Assembly: GCF_964213995.1 (NCBI RefSeq)
Contig: NW_027590163.1
Coordinates: 434,001 to 498,000 of the forward strand
Source: Mustelus asterias
Lineage: Eukaryota
Direction: 5' to 3'
Length of the DNA stretch: 64,000 nucleotides
Below the pieces are notes generated by a model. The model was not told the origin of the DNA and searched no databases. It saw nothing but the letters and a program-made list of their open reading frames with translations. Both the position numbers and the translations under genes were made by a program. Positions 63,041 through 64,000 of the stretch are shown here, piece by piece (position 1 is the first letter of the stretch; each line of letters opens with the position of its first letter).

Positions 63041-63380
63041 ATAGAATCATAGAAACCCCTACAGTGCAGAAGGAGGCCATTCGGCCCATCGAGTCTGCAC
63101 CGACCACAATCCCACCCAGGCCCTATCCCCACATATTCACCCGCTAATCCCTCTAACCTACGCATCCCAGGACTCTAAGGGGCAATTTTTAAACCTGACC
63201 AATCAACCTAACCCGCACATCTTTGGACTGTGGGAGGAAACCGGAGCACCCGGAGGAAACCAACGCAGACACGAGGAGAATGTGCAAACTCCACACAGAC
63301 AGTGACCCGAGCCGGGAATCGAACCCGGGACCCTGGAGCTGTGAAGCAGCAGTGCTAACCACTGTGCTACCGTGCCGCCC
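63041..63380 (-). mobile_element. Young HE1-type V-SINE inserted in an RSS spacer
   Basis: Full-length copy with ATGATTCTATG tail lying between a heptamer (63385-63391) and a nonamer (63013-63021). Confidence 0.92.
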
Positions 63381-63391
63381 CTGTCACTGTG

Positions 63392-63914
63392 TCTCTCAGT
63401 CCACAGTAATACACCGCACTGCCAGACAGCAGTGGATGGTGAAATTCCTCTCGCTTTTCCAGATGTCAATAGATGCAGAAATTCGGGTCCCCACTCCCTC
63501 TGCCCTGAAAACATCTCTATAATTAGAATTGAATACCTAGAACGTTGGTGCTTTCCCCCAGTACTGCCCGTACCGTTGAAAAGAATATGTATCATCAGTG
63601 GTTGAATAGCTGAAATCAATTGTCATCGATACTTCATCGAACTTCATCGCTGTAACTGGTCGCTGGGAGACAGAATCTGCACCATTCAGACCTGCAAAAG
63701 AATAGAATTACGAAATTTAACTCACTATTATCACTTTGTTAGAAAAACAATGTGATCAGGGTAATTGAATACATTACGAATAGAGGGAAAACACCATTGA
63801 AAGGGAAGATATCTATATCATTATCATGAGCAAGCTGGAACTTATAAAACTTGTGAACTTACCCCTTCAGTGCGTTGAAGCTGTGAGGAATGAATAAAGA
63901 TTAACACACAGCAT
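63392..63914 (-). pseudogene. TCR alpha/delta V pseudogene (leader 63914-63863, V exon 63691-63392)
   Basis: Leader with stop + GTAAGT; ADSVSQRPVTAMKFDEVSMTIDF (Cys to Phe), GKAPTF*, frameshift, AVYYCGLR, then CACAGTG; paralogue of the 59-kb V. Confidence 0.88.
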
Positions 63915-64000
63915 GCTCACAGAGCTGATGCTGGATCTGAACTCAGTGAGTTCGAAATGCTTTAGTTCAGAGTTCATAAAATGTTGAGTAATATCCGGCC

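Noticed and set aside
31075-63914. IgH-like, NAR-TCR or TAILV-type V segments
   Set aside because: All readable segments have TCR alpha/delta-like frameworks (DSVxQ, WYRQ, YYCAL/CGL/CAV); no IgH/NAR-type motifs or adjacent D segments were seen

Overview
Eukaryotic, repeat-rich DNA from a cartilaginous fish (shark). This is inferred from HE1-type V-SINEs, CR1/HER1-type LINEs and the GPR139-like GPCR class. Left half (1-29 kb): a decaying tRNA cluster with Ile-TAT (intron-containing), Asn and Glu pseudogenes plus a ~1.07-kb tandem array whose units each carry a tRNA-Val pseudogene. An apparently intact two-exon GPR139-like class A GPCR gene (8243-8312 + 17996-18903, 325 aa) sits inside this cluster. 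Right half (31-64 kb): an array of at least 11 T-cell receptor alpha/delta-type V segments or remnants in both orientations, most with a recognisable 23-bp-spacer RSS. One is clearly intact (56019-56483), one is an open, apparently intronless leader-V (47456-47782), and the rest are pseudogenes. Interspersed are nested CR1 LINEs with readable target-site duplications (including a full-length esterase-ORF1 element and an 890-aa ORF2), a Penelope-like element with inverted repeats and hammerhead ribozyme cores, many SINEs and several CTCF-like motifs. All calls come from reading the sequence; no database searches were run, and many repeat boundaries are approximate.
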